DNA of 64,000 bases, taken from contig JAIBAY010000001.1 in the NCBI GenBank assembly GCA_019694975.1, forward strand, positions 128,732 to 192,731, read 5' to 3'. Source of the DNA: Chitinophagales bacterium (lineage in GTDB: Bacteria > Bacteroidota > Bacteroidia > Chitinophagales > UBA10324). The notes under the pieces are model-generated. The model was not told where the DNA came from, made no database searches, and was given only the letters and a program-made list of their open reading frames with translations. A program made the position numbers and the translations under genes. Position 1 is the stretch's first letter; each line of letters begins with the position of its first letter. Shown in pieces: positions 1-9,162 of this stretch.

Positions 1-339
1 CGTGATCTCCTGCTCCAACTCCTGCCAGATCGCTCTTGCGAGGTTTTCCGTACTGGGGATAATGCCTTTGAGAAAGGCGATCTCCAGGTTCAGGTTTTTA
101 TGATCGAGTTTATCAACCACTGTACGCCTGATGATGGCACTGAGCTCCTTAGCATTGACAATTAATCCTGTGTCGGCAGCAGGTTCACCTTTGACCGTAA
201 CAAAAAGATCGTAATTGTGACCGTGATAGTACTTATTGGAACACTTACCGAACACCTCCTCATTTTTTTCTTCAGACCAGGCCGGATTGAACAGCCGGTG
301 AGCCGCGTTAAAATGTTCTTTCCTGGTTAGGTACAACAT
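1..339 (-). CDS. queD: 6-carboxy-5,6,7,8-tetrahydropterin synthase (QueD / PTPS family); 3' end runs off the window
   Basis: My own minus-strand translation from the ATG at 339-337 gives MLYLTRKEHFNAAHRLFNPAWSEEKNEEVFGKCSNKYYHGHNYDLFVTVKGEP... This has the typical PTPS/QueD motifs (FNAAHRL, HGHNY). It is absent from the ORF track because there is no stop inside the window. Confidence 0.8.
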   Translation of the reverse strand, partial: MLYLTRKEHFNAAHRLFNPAWSEEKNEEVFGKCSNKYYHGHNYDLFVTVKGEPAADTGLIVNAKELSAIIRRTVVDKLDHKNLNLEIAFLKGIIPSTENLARAIWQELEQEIT

Positions 340-358
340 GCTGCTAATTTATTTTCTG

Positions 359-366
359 CAAAGATA
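359..366 (-). promoter_or_regulatory. Bacteroidota-type -7 box TATCTTTG upstream of queD
   Basis: The minus strand reads TATCTTTG, an exact match to TAnnTTTG, about 20 nt upstream of the queD ATG. Confidence 0.45.
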
Positions 367-490
367 GTCGTGACGGCTGTGTTTTTCATCAATAGCTGCA
401 TGTTCAGGCCAGCAGAACAAAACGGTGGAACAACTGACGGTACATATAAAAAAGCAAACCATCAAAACTGTTTAATCCTACATTTAAGCC

Positions 491-1171
491 ATGAAACTGC
501 TGATCGTTGCTGCCACGAGGATGGAAATTATGCCACTCGAAGATTACCTGTTTCAGCTGGATCAACAGCCGCTGTTGCAGCATCATGCTGTTGAATTGCT
601 GATTACCGGTGCCGGCATGGTGCCCACTGCTTTCCGGCTGGGAAAAATTTTACAGATGGATAACTGGGACCTGGCCGTTAACCTTGGTATCTGTGGCAGC
701 TTCATCAGAGATTTACCACCGGGCACTACGGTGCATGTGGCAGCTGATACTTTTGGTGACTTTGGTGCAGATGACGGTGATGACTTCCTGGATGCTTTTG
801 AAACAGGCCTTGCTGACAAAAACGGTTATCCGTTTGTTGATGGATGGATCAATAGTCCTGCTGCTGCAGCAAATAAAGTGGTACGTTCACTTCCGGCCGT
901 TAAAGGTGTTACGATGAATACGGTGTCAGGCAATGAAATCAGTATCCGTAAGCGCATGGAGAAATTTGCAGCCGATATTGAAAGTATGGAAGGTGCAGCT
1001 TTTATGTATTGCTGCATGAAAGAAAGTATCCCGTGCGTACAGATAAGAGCAGTATCTAATTTTATTGAACGGCGCAACAAAAGCCATTGGAACATACCGC
1101 TTGCCATTCATAACCTCAATGAAACTGCCATCCGCCTGATTCAACATGTATGCTCGGCGACTGAACCATAA
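491..1171 (+). CDS. mqnB: futalosine hydrolase (nucleoside phosphorylase fold, menaquinone futalosine pathway)
   Basis: 226 aa. MKLLIVAATRMEI... and ESMEGAAFMYCCMKESIPCVQIRAVSNFIERRN are typical of the MqnB/MTA-nucleosidase family. Confidence 0.7.
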   Translation: MKLLIVAATRMEIMPLEDYLFQLDQQPLLQHHAVELLITGAGMVPTAFRLGKILQMDNWDLAVNLGICGSFIRDLPPGTTVHVAADTFGDFGADDGDDFLDAFETGLADKNGYPFVDGWINSPAAAANKVVRSLPAVKGVTMNTVSGNEISIRKRMEKFAADIESMEGAAFMYCCMKESIPCVQIRAVSNFIERRNKSHWNIPLAIHNLNETAIRLIQHVCSATEP

Positions 1172-1182
1172 AGAAGGCCACT

Positions 1183-2130
1183 TCAATGACCCATCAGATA
1201 ATAAAAATAAACCATCATCAGGATGCCCATGAGCATGATTATTTTTATCACGGAGCTTACCAGAGAAAATTGTTTTTGCGCATCTGCTTTATATAAAAGA
1301 TACATGGCCAGGCACAGCGGCAGTTCAAGCATGGTGAAGACATTCAGCACAGAAATGAAATCACCTCCCTGCGCCTGCCGTAACTGCAGGTAAACCAGAA
1401 AGGCAGTCATCAGTACCGCAATAGCAAATACGAGCCACTTCGATCTGTTGATACCGATCACTACCGGAAGAGTTTTGCAGCCATAGCGCCGGTCACCTTC
1501 CACATCTTCCATATCCTTTACAATTTCCCGCATCATTGAAATGAGGAATGCAAACAAAAAATAAAAGAAAACAATGATAAAGATGGAATATGCAGCGGCA
1601 TTAACCGCCGCATTCTCGGGTTTAAACAGGTGTTGTTCATACAATGCCACGATCAGGATCACGAGCGCTGTGAGGAGCGAGATAATAACATTACCGATCA
1701 GCAACTGACGCTTGTAACCGGTTGAATAAAACCAAAGTAATGCGGCTACAATAGGATGAATAAAACCAAGCCTCACATTACCCGCTTTCCAGGCAACATA
1801 AAATCCAAGCATAATGCCGGCGCCGCTTAAAAACTGGTGCAGCAACATCGCCGAACGCCTTTTTATGGTGCGATCGATGAAAATGCGCCGTGGTTTATTA
1901 ACAGCATCAATCTTAACATCAAAGTAGTCGTTGATCACATATCCTCCGGCCGCAATCAGTACGGTGGATAGCATCAGCAGCGAGAAATGCAAAACATCCA
2001 GCGTCGTTTCGACGCCTGCCTGCGCAAGAATGGGACGGATAATAGTGTACTGCACCAGCCATTGCGTAAGGGCAATATACAGCAGGTTCACAACCCGGAT
2101 AAGCCTGAGGAAAGAGATAATGCCCTTCAT
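1183..2130 (-). CDS. UbiA-family polyprenyltransferase (membrane; DGGGP-synthase-like / possible MqnP)
   Basis: 315 aa, multi-TM, with the Asp-rich motif YVINDYFDVKIDAVNKPRR characteristic of the UbiA superfamily. Confidence 0.8.
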   Translation of the reverse strand: MKGIISFLRLIRVVNLLYIALTQWLVQYTIIRPILAQAGVETTLDVLHFSLLMLSTVLIAAGGYVINDYFDVKIDAVNKPRRIFIDRTIKRRSAMLLHQFLSGAGIMLGFYVAWKAGNVRLGFIHPIVAALLWFYSTGYKRQLLIGNVIISLLTALVILIVALYEQHLFKPENAAVNAAAYSIFIIVFFYFLFAFLISMMREIVKDMEDVEGDRRYGCKTLPVVIGINRSKWLVFAIAVLMTAFLVYLQLRQAQGGDFISVLNVFTMLELPLCLAMYLLYKADAQKQFSLVSSVIKIIMLMGILMMVYFYYLMGH

Positions 2131-2256
2131 GAAATGTTCAGCGTTGGCAAATGTACAGAGAAAAGGAAACGGTCACGAAGCAGGACTGGCTGCCGCGGTT
2201 ACCATCAGGCCTACATGATATTGAATAATTTATGGGTCATAATATCGGCCATAATT

Positions 2257-2784
2257 TTACCACCGCCCTTGTAATTTCAGCACCTTTTCAATCACATCTC
2301 TCACGCATCCCCTGCCGCCGGCAACCGGTGAAATATATTTTGATATGGCTTGTATTTCAGGCGCCGCGTCATTGGGACAACAGGGAATACCACATTGTTG
2401 CATCACTTCCAGGTCCGGTATATCATCACCGATATAAATGGCAGTCGACAGATCCATCTTGATAGCCGCTGCCAGTTGCGTCAATCCCTTTGGCTTATCA
2501 TCCACACCAGACAGTACATACAATACGCCCAACCTGTTCAGCCGGCGCAGCACACCTTCCGATTTGCCGCCGGTAATGACTGCTACCGTAAGGCCTTTCT
2601 TCACTGCTAACTGCATTGCATAACCATCGCGGATATTCATGGTGCGGAGCTCATCTCCGCCATTGGTGATCAGCAATGATCCATCGGTTAATACACCATC
2701 CACATCCAGTATGATGGCGTTGGCTGATTTAAACAATTCAAAATAATGCGGTACGGCTTCCTTTTTTTTAGTCATGCCAGACAT
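2257..2784 (-). CDS. kdsC: 3-deoxy-D-manno-octulosonate 8-phosphate phosphatase (HAD, KdsC family)
   Basis: 175 aa with HAD motif I (ILDVDGVLTDG), IYIGDDIPDL, and KdsC-like length and layout. Confidence 0.8.
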   Translation of the reverse strand: MSGMTKKKEAVPHYFELFKSANAIILDVDGVLTDGSLLITNGGDELRTMNIRDGYAMQLAVKKGLTVAVITGGKSEGVLRRLNRLGVLYVLSGVDDKPKGLTQLAAAIKMDLSTAIYIGDDIPDLEVMQQCGIPCCPNDAAPEIQAISKYISPVAGGRGCVRDVIEKVLKLQGRW

Positions 2785-2866
2785 TTTCTATGGTAAAATT
2801 TAATAACGTGCACATTCCTAATTGCCCGCACAATCCTGCGGCAGGCAGCGAGGAAACCACGCTTCA

Positions 2867-3100
2867 TCAGGGCTGGTTATCGCGCCACTCATAAACCCAT
2901 GCAGACTGAATCATCTCCAGGTGGCTTTCATTGCTTTCTTCGCGCGTGCCGGCAAAGCCGGGTATACTGAGTACCCATTCAATCAATTCCGTAAACCGGA
3001 TCCGGTAAATCTTTGATTCATTAAAATCATCACCAAATTTCTCATACAGCTTCTGTGCTATATCTTCATGATCACTCCAGTGAATGGGTGGTTCGTGCAT
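2867..3100 (-). CDS. iscX: Fe-S cluster assembly protein IscX-like
   Basis: 77 aa, acidic. WSDHEDIAQKLYEKFGD...LIEWV resembles IscX/YfhJ. It lies immediately downstream of a 2Fe-2S ferredoxin, as in the E. coli fdx-iscX pair. Confidence 0.65.
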   Translation of the reverse strand: MHEPPIHWSDHEDIAQKLYEKFGDDFNESKIYRIRFTELIEWVLSIPGFAGTREESNESHLEMIQSAWVYEWRDNQP

Positions 3101-3217
3101 ATCTCCCCTTTTTTATTGTTTGAACTTTTACTTGGTTTTTGAATTTACCGATTGCTGCTATTTATGTAATCAGCTGTAAGTAGTATTACAATTGAACAGC
3201 AACACGATTTCCGCATG

Positions 3218-3550
3218 TTATTCGCCCAGTATTCCCGACTGGTCCGGCACCACAACACGTAACACACCATCACCCTCATTGAGAAAACACTGGCAGGAAA
3301 GCCTGGATGTAAGCTTTGGATTGCGGGCGCGGTCAATAAAATCCTCTTCCTTTTCTGACATCTCATCCACAAACGCAGACCCTTCTTCCAGGTAAATCTG
3401 GCAGGTACTGCAGGCGCAAACACCACCGCAATTATGATGAAGGTGAATGTCGTTTTTCAGCGCCACCTCCAGCAGGGTGTCACCATCCGGTGATGTAACC
3501 GTTACCGGCGCAATATCTTTCTCTTCGAATGTAAAATGAATCGTGTACAT
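3218..3550 (-). CDS. fdx: 2Fe-2S ferredoxin (adrenodoxin/Fdx type)
   Basis: Cys pattern C-x5-C-x2-C ... C (NCGGVCACSTCQ ... LSCQC). Start moved to the internal ATG (MYTIHFTFEE) at 3550; the ORF-track start at 3595 adds a low-complexity leader. Confidence 0.8.
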   Translation of the reverse strand: MYTIHFTFEEKDIAPVTVTSPDGDTLLEVALKNDIHLHHNCGGVCACSTCQIYLEEGSAFVDEMSEKEEDFIDRARNPKLTSRLSCQCFLNEGDGVLRVVVPDQSGILGE

Positions 3551-3738
3551 TTTTTCTAATGATGCTGCTGATGATGAAAAATTTGCACTGCACATTTAGC
3601 AGCCTCGATGCAAGCTGTCTGTGCTGTTTGCAGGGTTACGGGCCGCCATCATCCTGTATGAAGCAAAATCCTGCTTTAACAAATTATTGTTTATGCAGGT
3701 AAACCGTATTAACAAGCAGGAGACTAAAGTATTCTGAA

Positions 3739-4536
3739 TCATGAATTGCCCGTATCTGACCTAACCGGTTCCCATCGCTGAATATCTTCCGTCAGTATCT
3801 TATAAATTTCTGCGAATCGGCCGTCCTTCCTGAGAAACTCCATATGCCTTTCAATCGTCAGCTCATCATGCCTGATGGCAGGACCGGTTTGCACATTCGG
3901 CGGATCATGATTCTGAATCTTCCGGACTGTTTCATTGATCAACGGCTTAAAAATTTCAAACGACAACCCGCTTTGCTCGAGAATAACCTGTGAAATGGAA
4001 AACAGATGATTGGTGAAATTATTGGCAAACACGGCAGCCACATGAATGGCAAAACGCTGCTCATCATTCACTTCAATGATTTTGCTGGAAAGCGTGCCCG
4101 CCAGGTCACGCAACACTTGCAGCGTCTTTTTATTAGCTGCATCCACACAAATCGGGATCACGGAAAAATCTACAGACACATTCCTCGACATGGTTTGCAG
4201 CGGATAAAATATCCCGTAGTTCTCACTCGATCCCTGCAGCACATTACCCGGCACACTGCCCGACGTGTGAGCAATCACCTGGCCGTTCAGTTTAAGTTGT
4301 TCCGCCACCTCCCTGATCGCATCATCTTTCACCGTCACAAGGTAGATATCGGCATCCTGCGAGATATCATCGTAAGTATCAGTGCAGGGAATATCCATCA
4401 GGTTGCCAATCCATTTGGCGGAAGGCAAATGCCGGCTGAAAACCTGGATAATCTTATGGCCGCTGTTGTGCAGGTGCCATGCCATCTGATAGCCTACATT
4501 ACCCGATCCAATGATGACAATTTTATATTCCTTCAT
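3739..4536 (-). CDS. Rossmann-fold NAD(P)-binding protein with DUF2520-like C-terminal domain
   Basis: 265 aa with an N-terminal GxGxxG motif (VIIGSGNVGYQ) and ProC-like/DUF2520 architecture. Confidence 0.65.
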   Translation of the reverse strand: MKEYKIVIIGSGNVGYQMAWHLHNSGHKIIQVFSRHLPSAKWIGNLMDIPCTDTYDDISQDADIYLVTVKDDAIREVAEQLKLNGQVIAHTSGSVPGNVLQGSSENYGIFYPLQTMSRNVSVDFSVIPICVDAANKKTLQVLRDLAGTLSSKIIEVNDEQRFAIHVAAVFANNFTNHLFSISQVILEQSGLSFEIFKPLINETVRKIQNHDPPNVQTGPAIRHDELTIERHMEFLRKDGRFAEIYKILTEDIQRWEPVRSDTGNS

Positions 4537-4708
4537 TGCATTGCAATTTTTAAGGGTGCTAAATTATTAATAATACGCGCTGCAAATACTATAAACCACC
4601 TAAAGATTCATGTTGGCTGCAGATTAATCTTTCTGATCCGGTGATCGCATTGTGGTTCGAAGTTTCACTGCCAATCTTGCTTTAGCTGCAAAGCATACGA
4701 GTCACTTC

Positions 4709-7147
4709 TTATGCTGCATCTATGGTTTTTCCTGACAGATATTTCTTTTGCCAGATGCGAAACAGGCTGATGAGAAAACCCAGGATGGTAATGATAACAC
4801 CGAGCCATAATAAATTGATATAGGGAAAAATGATGGCTGTCATAACAATAAAGTCAGGCTGTACGGCTTCTTCAGCCACCTGCAGATCCACCTTGTTTTC
4901 TTCAGGAATAATCTTGTTCAACCGGAAAGTCAGTCCCAATTCAGGCAACTCATCATCAATCAAAGTCGCCCTGTCATTATGAATATAGAAAATAGGTTTT
5001 GCCGTATACTGCTGCCCGTTCAGCTGTTTCACCAGCAGTGTGGCGGAAACGGCCAGGTCACCCTCCGCAATCTCCACTTTCTTTGATTCAGTCACGCGTT
5101 CAATGGATTCAAGCACTATGAAGCTGTTACTGGTGAAAATAGTATCACCTCTGGTCATTAAATTAGACTTGAATTTTTTATCCGTCCTGACAGGCTCTTT
5201 CGATTTATCAGGAACGGAAGTGACATGTGTATACAGATCACGGCTGATGTAATGCCGTGTATCCGGGTTGGCAATGAGTCCCATCTTTGGGTTAATCTGC
5301 GCATTAGGATACAAGGTAAAATGTTCCTTTAATGCACCGGTTGCTTCGTCGAACACTTCATAGTTCACCTTATAGTAATAGTTGGGCTGTGCAACAGAAT
5401 CACCAACATACGTAACCATGTATTGCTGCATTTTCACAGGCACATTCTTGTAGAGGAGCATGTTAGATCGCTGGGCTGCAGCATTCATTTCCTTGCCAAA
5501 ATCAACGCCGGCCGTATTGCTGGAGATGACTTCTTTATTGGCAGACGAGAAAAGAATTCCTGCCAGGGTAAGTGCAAAACCCAGATGTGCCACAGCAGCA
5601 CCTGACAGCTTCCATTTTCCTGATAAGACAATTATGAAATAATAAAGGTTGGCCACAATACCAAAGATGGCAGCAAACAACAGGACGATATGGGAAAAGA
5701 CATGGAGCCCTGCAACGTAGGCAATCACGGCAGTAAGCGGCAAGGCAATCAGCAACAGTATAAGGAGGCGTAAGGAGAACTGCCTGAACTCGGTCTGCTT
5801 GAATTTCAGATACAGTGAGGTTGCCGAAAGTAAGGCAATAAGAACGGCAGCCCAGATCTGCACCTTATTATAAAATGCAACAGCATCAGAAGGTATCGCC
5901 AGGTTGGTGCCGAATAACTTATTCCACACCGGTAATGATGTATTAAAGGCAATGTGGAGGGATGAAAGCAGGAAGACCAATGACCCGATGAAGATGAAAA
6001 ATTCGCGTGACCAAAGGTTCTCGTCCTTCTTAACAGAAGGAATCCTGTTCCAGAAAACAGCCAGCAAAATGATGGCAGGAATCGAAAGTCCGGCCATATA
6101 CAGGATCAGCTGACCACTCATTCCCAGGTCGGTAAAGGCATGTACTGAAGTATCGCCGAGAATACCGCTGCGTGTAAGGAAGGTAGAATACAGAACAAGG
6201 ATGAAGGTCAGCAGAAAGAAAATGTAAGTGGTTCGGAGTGAACGGCCGGTTTTATTGTACACCAGTGCCGTATGCACGCCTGCTATGAGCGTGAGCCACG
6301 GAACCAGGGAAGCATTTTCCACCGGATCCCAGGCCCAGTAACCGCCAAAGGTGAGTGACTCATAAGCCCATGCACCTCCCATCATTATACCGGTTCCTAA
6401 AACAGCGGCAGAGAACAATGCCCAGGGCAGCACCGGTTTGGTCCAGGCAGAGAATTCACGGTTCATAAGGCCCGACATAGCAAAGGAAAACGGAATAAGT
6501 GTGGTCGCAAATCCCAAAAACAATATGGGCGGATGAATCACCATCCAGTAGTTCTGCAGCAATGGATTCAAACCATTACCGTCTTGTATAAAACTGAGGT
6601 AGTCGGCACGCTGAAAAATAGGCGCATTAACCATCTCATTGCGCAAAAGGGTGAAAGGTGTAGAACCGATTTTATAGCCAAACACATAAACGCCCAACAA
6701 CATAGAACCCAGAAATCCCTGCACCACTGCAAATACACTCAGCACGCGGCTTTCAGATTCCTTAAGTGTAAAAATCAGCAGGATGCCCAGGAAAGCATTC
6801 CAGAACATCCAAAGCAGAAAACTGCCTTCCTGACCTTCCCAAAAACAAGACAATAGGTAATTAATCGGCAATGCTTTGCTGGAATGTGACCATGCATAAT
6901 AGTATTCGAAGAAATGATTCTTAATGATGTAATAGAGGCTTGCAATAATAACCAGCACGCCAATACAATGAATAATAAAAGCTGTTCTCGCTGTCTGCTT
7001 CCACGCAAGCCGCTGATCTTCTCTTTTCGAATAAGCTGCAATAAAAAATGCTATGGCTGCAATCAGTGCGAATATAAAAGCCGTATAAACAGCAAGCTGG
7101 CCAACCTGGCCGGGAAATAAATGCTCTCCCTCAAACTGAATCTCCAT
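4709..7147 (-). CDS. ccmF: cytochrome c-type biogenesis heme lyase CcmF (System I)
   Basis: 812 aa polytopic membrane protein with the WWD motif region GGAWAYESLTFGGYWAWDPVENASLVPWL, typical of CcmF/NrfE. Its start overlaps the ccmE stop (TGATG). Confidence 0.85.
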   Translation of the reverse strand: MEIQFEGEHLFPGQVGQLAVYTAFIFALIAAIAFFIAAYSKREDQRLAWKQTARTAFIIHCIGVLVIIASLYYIIKNHFFEYYYAWSHSSKALPINYLLSCFWEGQEGSFLLWMFWNAFLGILLIFTLKESESRVLSVFAVVQGFLGSMLLGVYVFGYKIGSTPFTLLRNEMVNAPIFQRADYLSFIQDGNGLNPLLQNYWMVIHPPILFLGFATTLIPFSFAMSGLMNREFSAWTKPVLPWALFSAAVLGTGIMMGGAWAYESLTFGGYWAWDPVENASLVPWLTLIAGVHTALVYNKTGRSLRTTYIFFLLTFILVLYSTFLTRSGILGDTSVHAFTDLGMSGQLILYMAGLSIPAIILLAVFWNRIPSVKKDENLWSREFFIFIGSLVFLLSSLHIAFNTSLPVWNKLFGTNLAIPSDAVAFYNKVQIWAAVLIALLSATSLYLKFKQTEFRQFSLRLLILLLIALPLTAVIAYVAGLHVFSHIVLLFAAIFGIVANLYYFIIVLSGKWKLSGAAVAHLGFALTLAGILFSSANKEVISSNTAGVDFGKEMNAAAQRSNMLLYKNVPVKMQQYMVTYVGDSVAQPNYYYKVNYEVFDEATGALKEHFTLYPNAQINPKMGLIANPDTRHYISRDLYTHVTSVPDKSKEPVRTDKKFKSNLMTRGDTIFTSNSFIVLESIERVTESKKVEIAEGDLAVSATLLVKQLNGQQYTAKPIFYIHNDRATLIDDELPELGLTFRLNKIIPEENKVDLQVAEEAVQPDFIVMTAIIFPYINLLWLGVIITILGFLISLFRIWQKKYLSGKTIDAA

Positions 7148-7551
7148 CAGGTGTTTGATTTATACTCCGTTACTTCCAGTTCATCCACCTTATATTTTGA
7201 AGGGCATTTCATCAGTATGTGTGAGGCGTGAAATTCAGATCCTTCCATTTTTCCCGTGAGCACTATCTGTTCCGACCGGTCAAAATCCTGCGGCTTGGTG
7301 CCTTTGAATACAACCTTGCACTGATCACCATTTTTGTCTTGCAGGTAGAAGCTAAAATAATTCGGGTCCTTCACCGGATCATAGAACTGCGCCTGATCCT
7401 TCACCAGGGTGCCAACTATATGAAAATCCTTCTTCGTTTCTCCTTTGGCGGATGAAAAGGTCTCGTACTGACTGTAATCGCTGGCCATCGTCACAATAAA
7501 CCCGATGGCAACAGCAATGAGCACCAGGCCAGCAATGTGCATCTTTTTCAT
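7147..7551 (-). CDS. ccmE: cytochrome c maturation heme chaperone CcmE (CxxxY variant)
   Basis: 134 aa with an N-terminal membrane anchor and OB-fold-like body. The C-terminal motif is MKCPSKY where E. coli CcmE has HDENY. Confidence 0.8.
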   Translation of the reverse strand: MKKMHIAGLVLIAVAIGFIVTMASDYSQYETFSSAKGETKKDFHIVGTLVKDQAQFYDPVKDPNYFSFYLQDKNGDQCKVVFKGTKPQDFDRSEQIVLTGKMEGSEFHASHILMKCPSKYKVDELEVTEYKSNT

Positions 7552-7776
7552 GGGCGTTAATTTCGGCTGTCAAAACTACAACATTCCAAAGGAATCACTC
7601 CCCTGCATTAGGGCCCAACGGTTAGAAAAACTGCCTGGAAAGGATTATCCATACAGTGGCCACGCTATCTTCCATGACTCTCCTTCTGCATCGTTCTCCG
7701 TCCTTTCAGAAAATTTTCACGGCCATGACCAATCGATTTGAACCGGTATCCTGAGCTTTCATCCATGTAGTTATGC

Positions 7777-7784
7777 TATCTTTG
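7777..7784 (+). promoter_or_regulatory. -7 box TATCTTTG upstream of the arginase-family gene
   Basis: Exact TAnnTTTG match about 25 nt upstream of the ATG at 7810. Confidence 0.45.
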
Positions 7785-7809
7785 AGCATTCTATCATACT
7801 TTTTTTACC

Positions 7810-8964
7810 ATGAATAAGGAAGAAAAAATTGCGGCGTTCGACCCAAGCAGCCTTGCGGAAGGCAATCAATTGTTCGGTTTACCCTTTACGGAAGAGGAAT
7901 CTGATATTGTAATATTACCTGTGCCATGGGAAGTGACTGTTTCTTACAATGCCGGAACAGCCAAGGCCCCTGCCGCAATACTCGCGGCATCACGACAGGT
8001 TGATTTATATGATGTAGATGTCCATGGCGCATGGAAACATGGCATCTATCTGAAAAAGGTGAATAAACAAATTGCCAGGTGGAGCAAGGAATTGCGCACC
8101 AAGGCAGAAAACTATCTGTCCTTGCTGGAAGATGGTGTGGATCCTGCATCTGATAAATCACTTAAAAAAATGCAGGAGCAGATTAACCTGGGAGGAACGG
8201 GTTTAAAAGACTGGGTGCAGGAGGAAATCCGTGCAATACTGCACAAAGGCAAATTGCCCGGATTGCTCGGCGGTGATCACAGCACACCCCTGGGATTTTT
8301 GCTGGCGTTGGAAGAAGTTTATCCTTCCTTCGGCATACTGCAGATTGATGCACATTGTGACCTGAGAAAAGCTTATGAAGGATTCACCTATTCTCATGCA
8401 TCCATCATGTACAATGCTTTACAGGTTCGTGCAGTAGATAAACTGGTGCAGGTTGGCATTCGCGATTATTGCCAGGAAGAACTGGATGTGATACATGCTG
8501 CAGACGGCCGCGTAAAAACTTTTTTTGATGCCGATCTGAAAAGGGCATTGTATGAAGGTGATACCTGGAAAAATTGCTGTGACAGGATTATCAGCCAGCT
8601 TCCGGCGCTGGTATATGTGAGTTTTGATATTGACGGCCTTGATCCTAAACTCTGCCCGAATACCGGAACACCTGTTGCCGGCGGACTTGAATTTGAGCAA
8701 GCCGTATATCTCCTGCTGAAATTAGTTCGTTCCGGAAGGCGGATCATTGGATTTGATTTAAACGAGGTTGTTCCAGGTGAAACAGAATGGGATGCCAACG
8801 TAGGCGCCCGTATGCTGTACAAACTCTGCAACCTGATGGGATTAAGTCAGCGCATGTTTGATGATAATGTACAACAGGCCGATTCGCAGTCAGTGAATGA
8901 GGCAGTTCTGAGACGACCATCCTTGAATGAGATCGCGGAAGGACAAGAAGGCATCGTTGATTAA
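7810..8964 (+). CDS. arginase/agmatinase/formiminoglutamase-family ureohydrolase
   Basis: 384 aa with the Mn-binding signatures GGDHSTPLG, IDAHCDLR and SFDIDGLDP. Confidence 0.8.
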   Translation: MNKEEKIAAFDPSSLAEGNQLFGLPFTEEESDIVILPVPWEVTVSYNAGTAKAPAAILAASRQVDLYDVDVHGAWKHGIYLKKVNKQIARWSKELRTKAENYLSLLEDGVDPASDKSLKKMQEQINLGGTGLKDWVQEEIRAILHKGKLPGLLGGDHSTPLGFLLALEEVYPSFGILQIDAHCDLRKAYEGFTYSHASIMYNALQVRAVDKLVQVGIRDYCQEELDVIHAADGRVKTFFDADLKRALYEGDTWKNCCDRIISQLPALVYVSFDIDGLDPKLCPNTGTPVAGGLEFEQAVYLLLKLVRSGRRIIGFDLNEVVPGETEWDANVGARMLYKLCNLMGLSQRMFDDNVQQADSQSVNEAVLRRPSLNEIAEGQEGIVD

Positions 8965-9162
8965 TTTTTTTAAGCACGGGAGCATCGTTTCTCCTGATTA
9001 CTTCCGGTTAATAATGAATGCTTGTACAGTTGTAAAATAAGAAATATTATTACCATAATACCACTGTTTGGCCTGAAAAACTTATACATCACCCGGTGTG
9101 TTGCCTCAAAACAAACTTCGGTTTGCATGTATAGAACATGAACCTTCAACACCTGAACTTCC

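Noticed and set aside
340-490. preQ1 riboswitch upstream of queD.
   Set aside because: The predicted -7 box is only about 20 nt from the ATG, which leaves no room for an aptamer, and no preQ1-like motif was seen.
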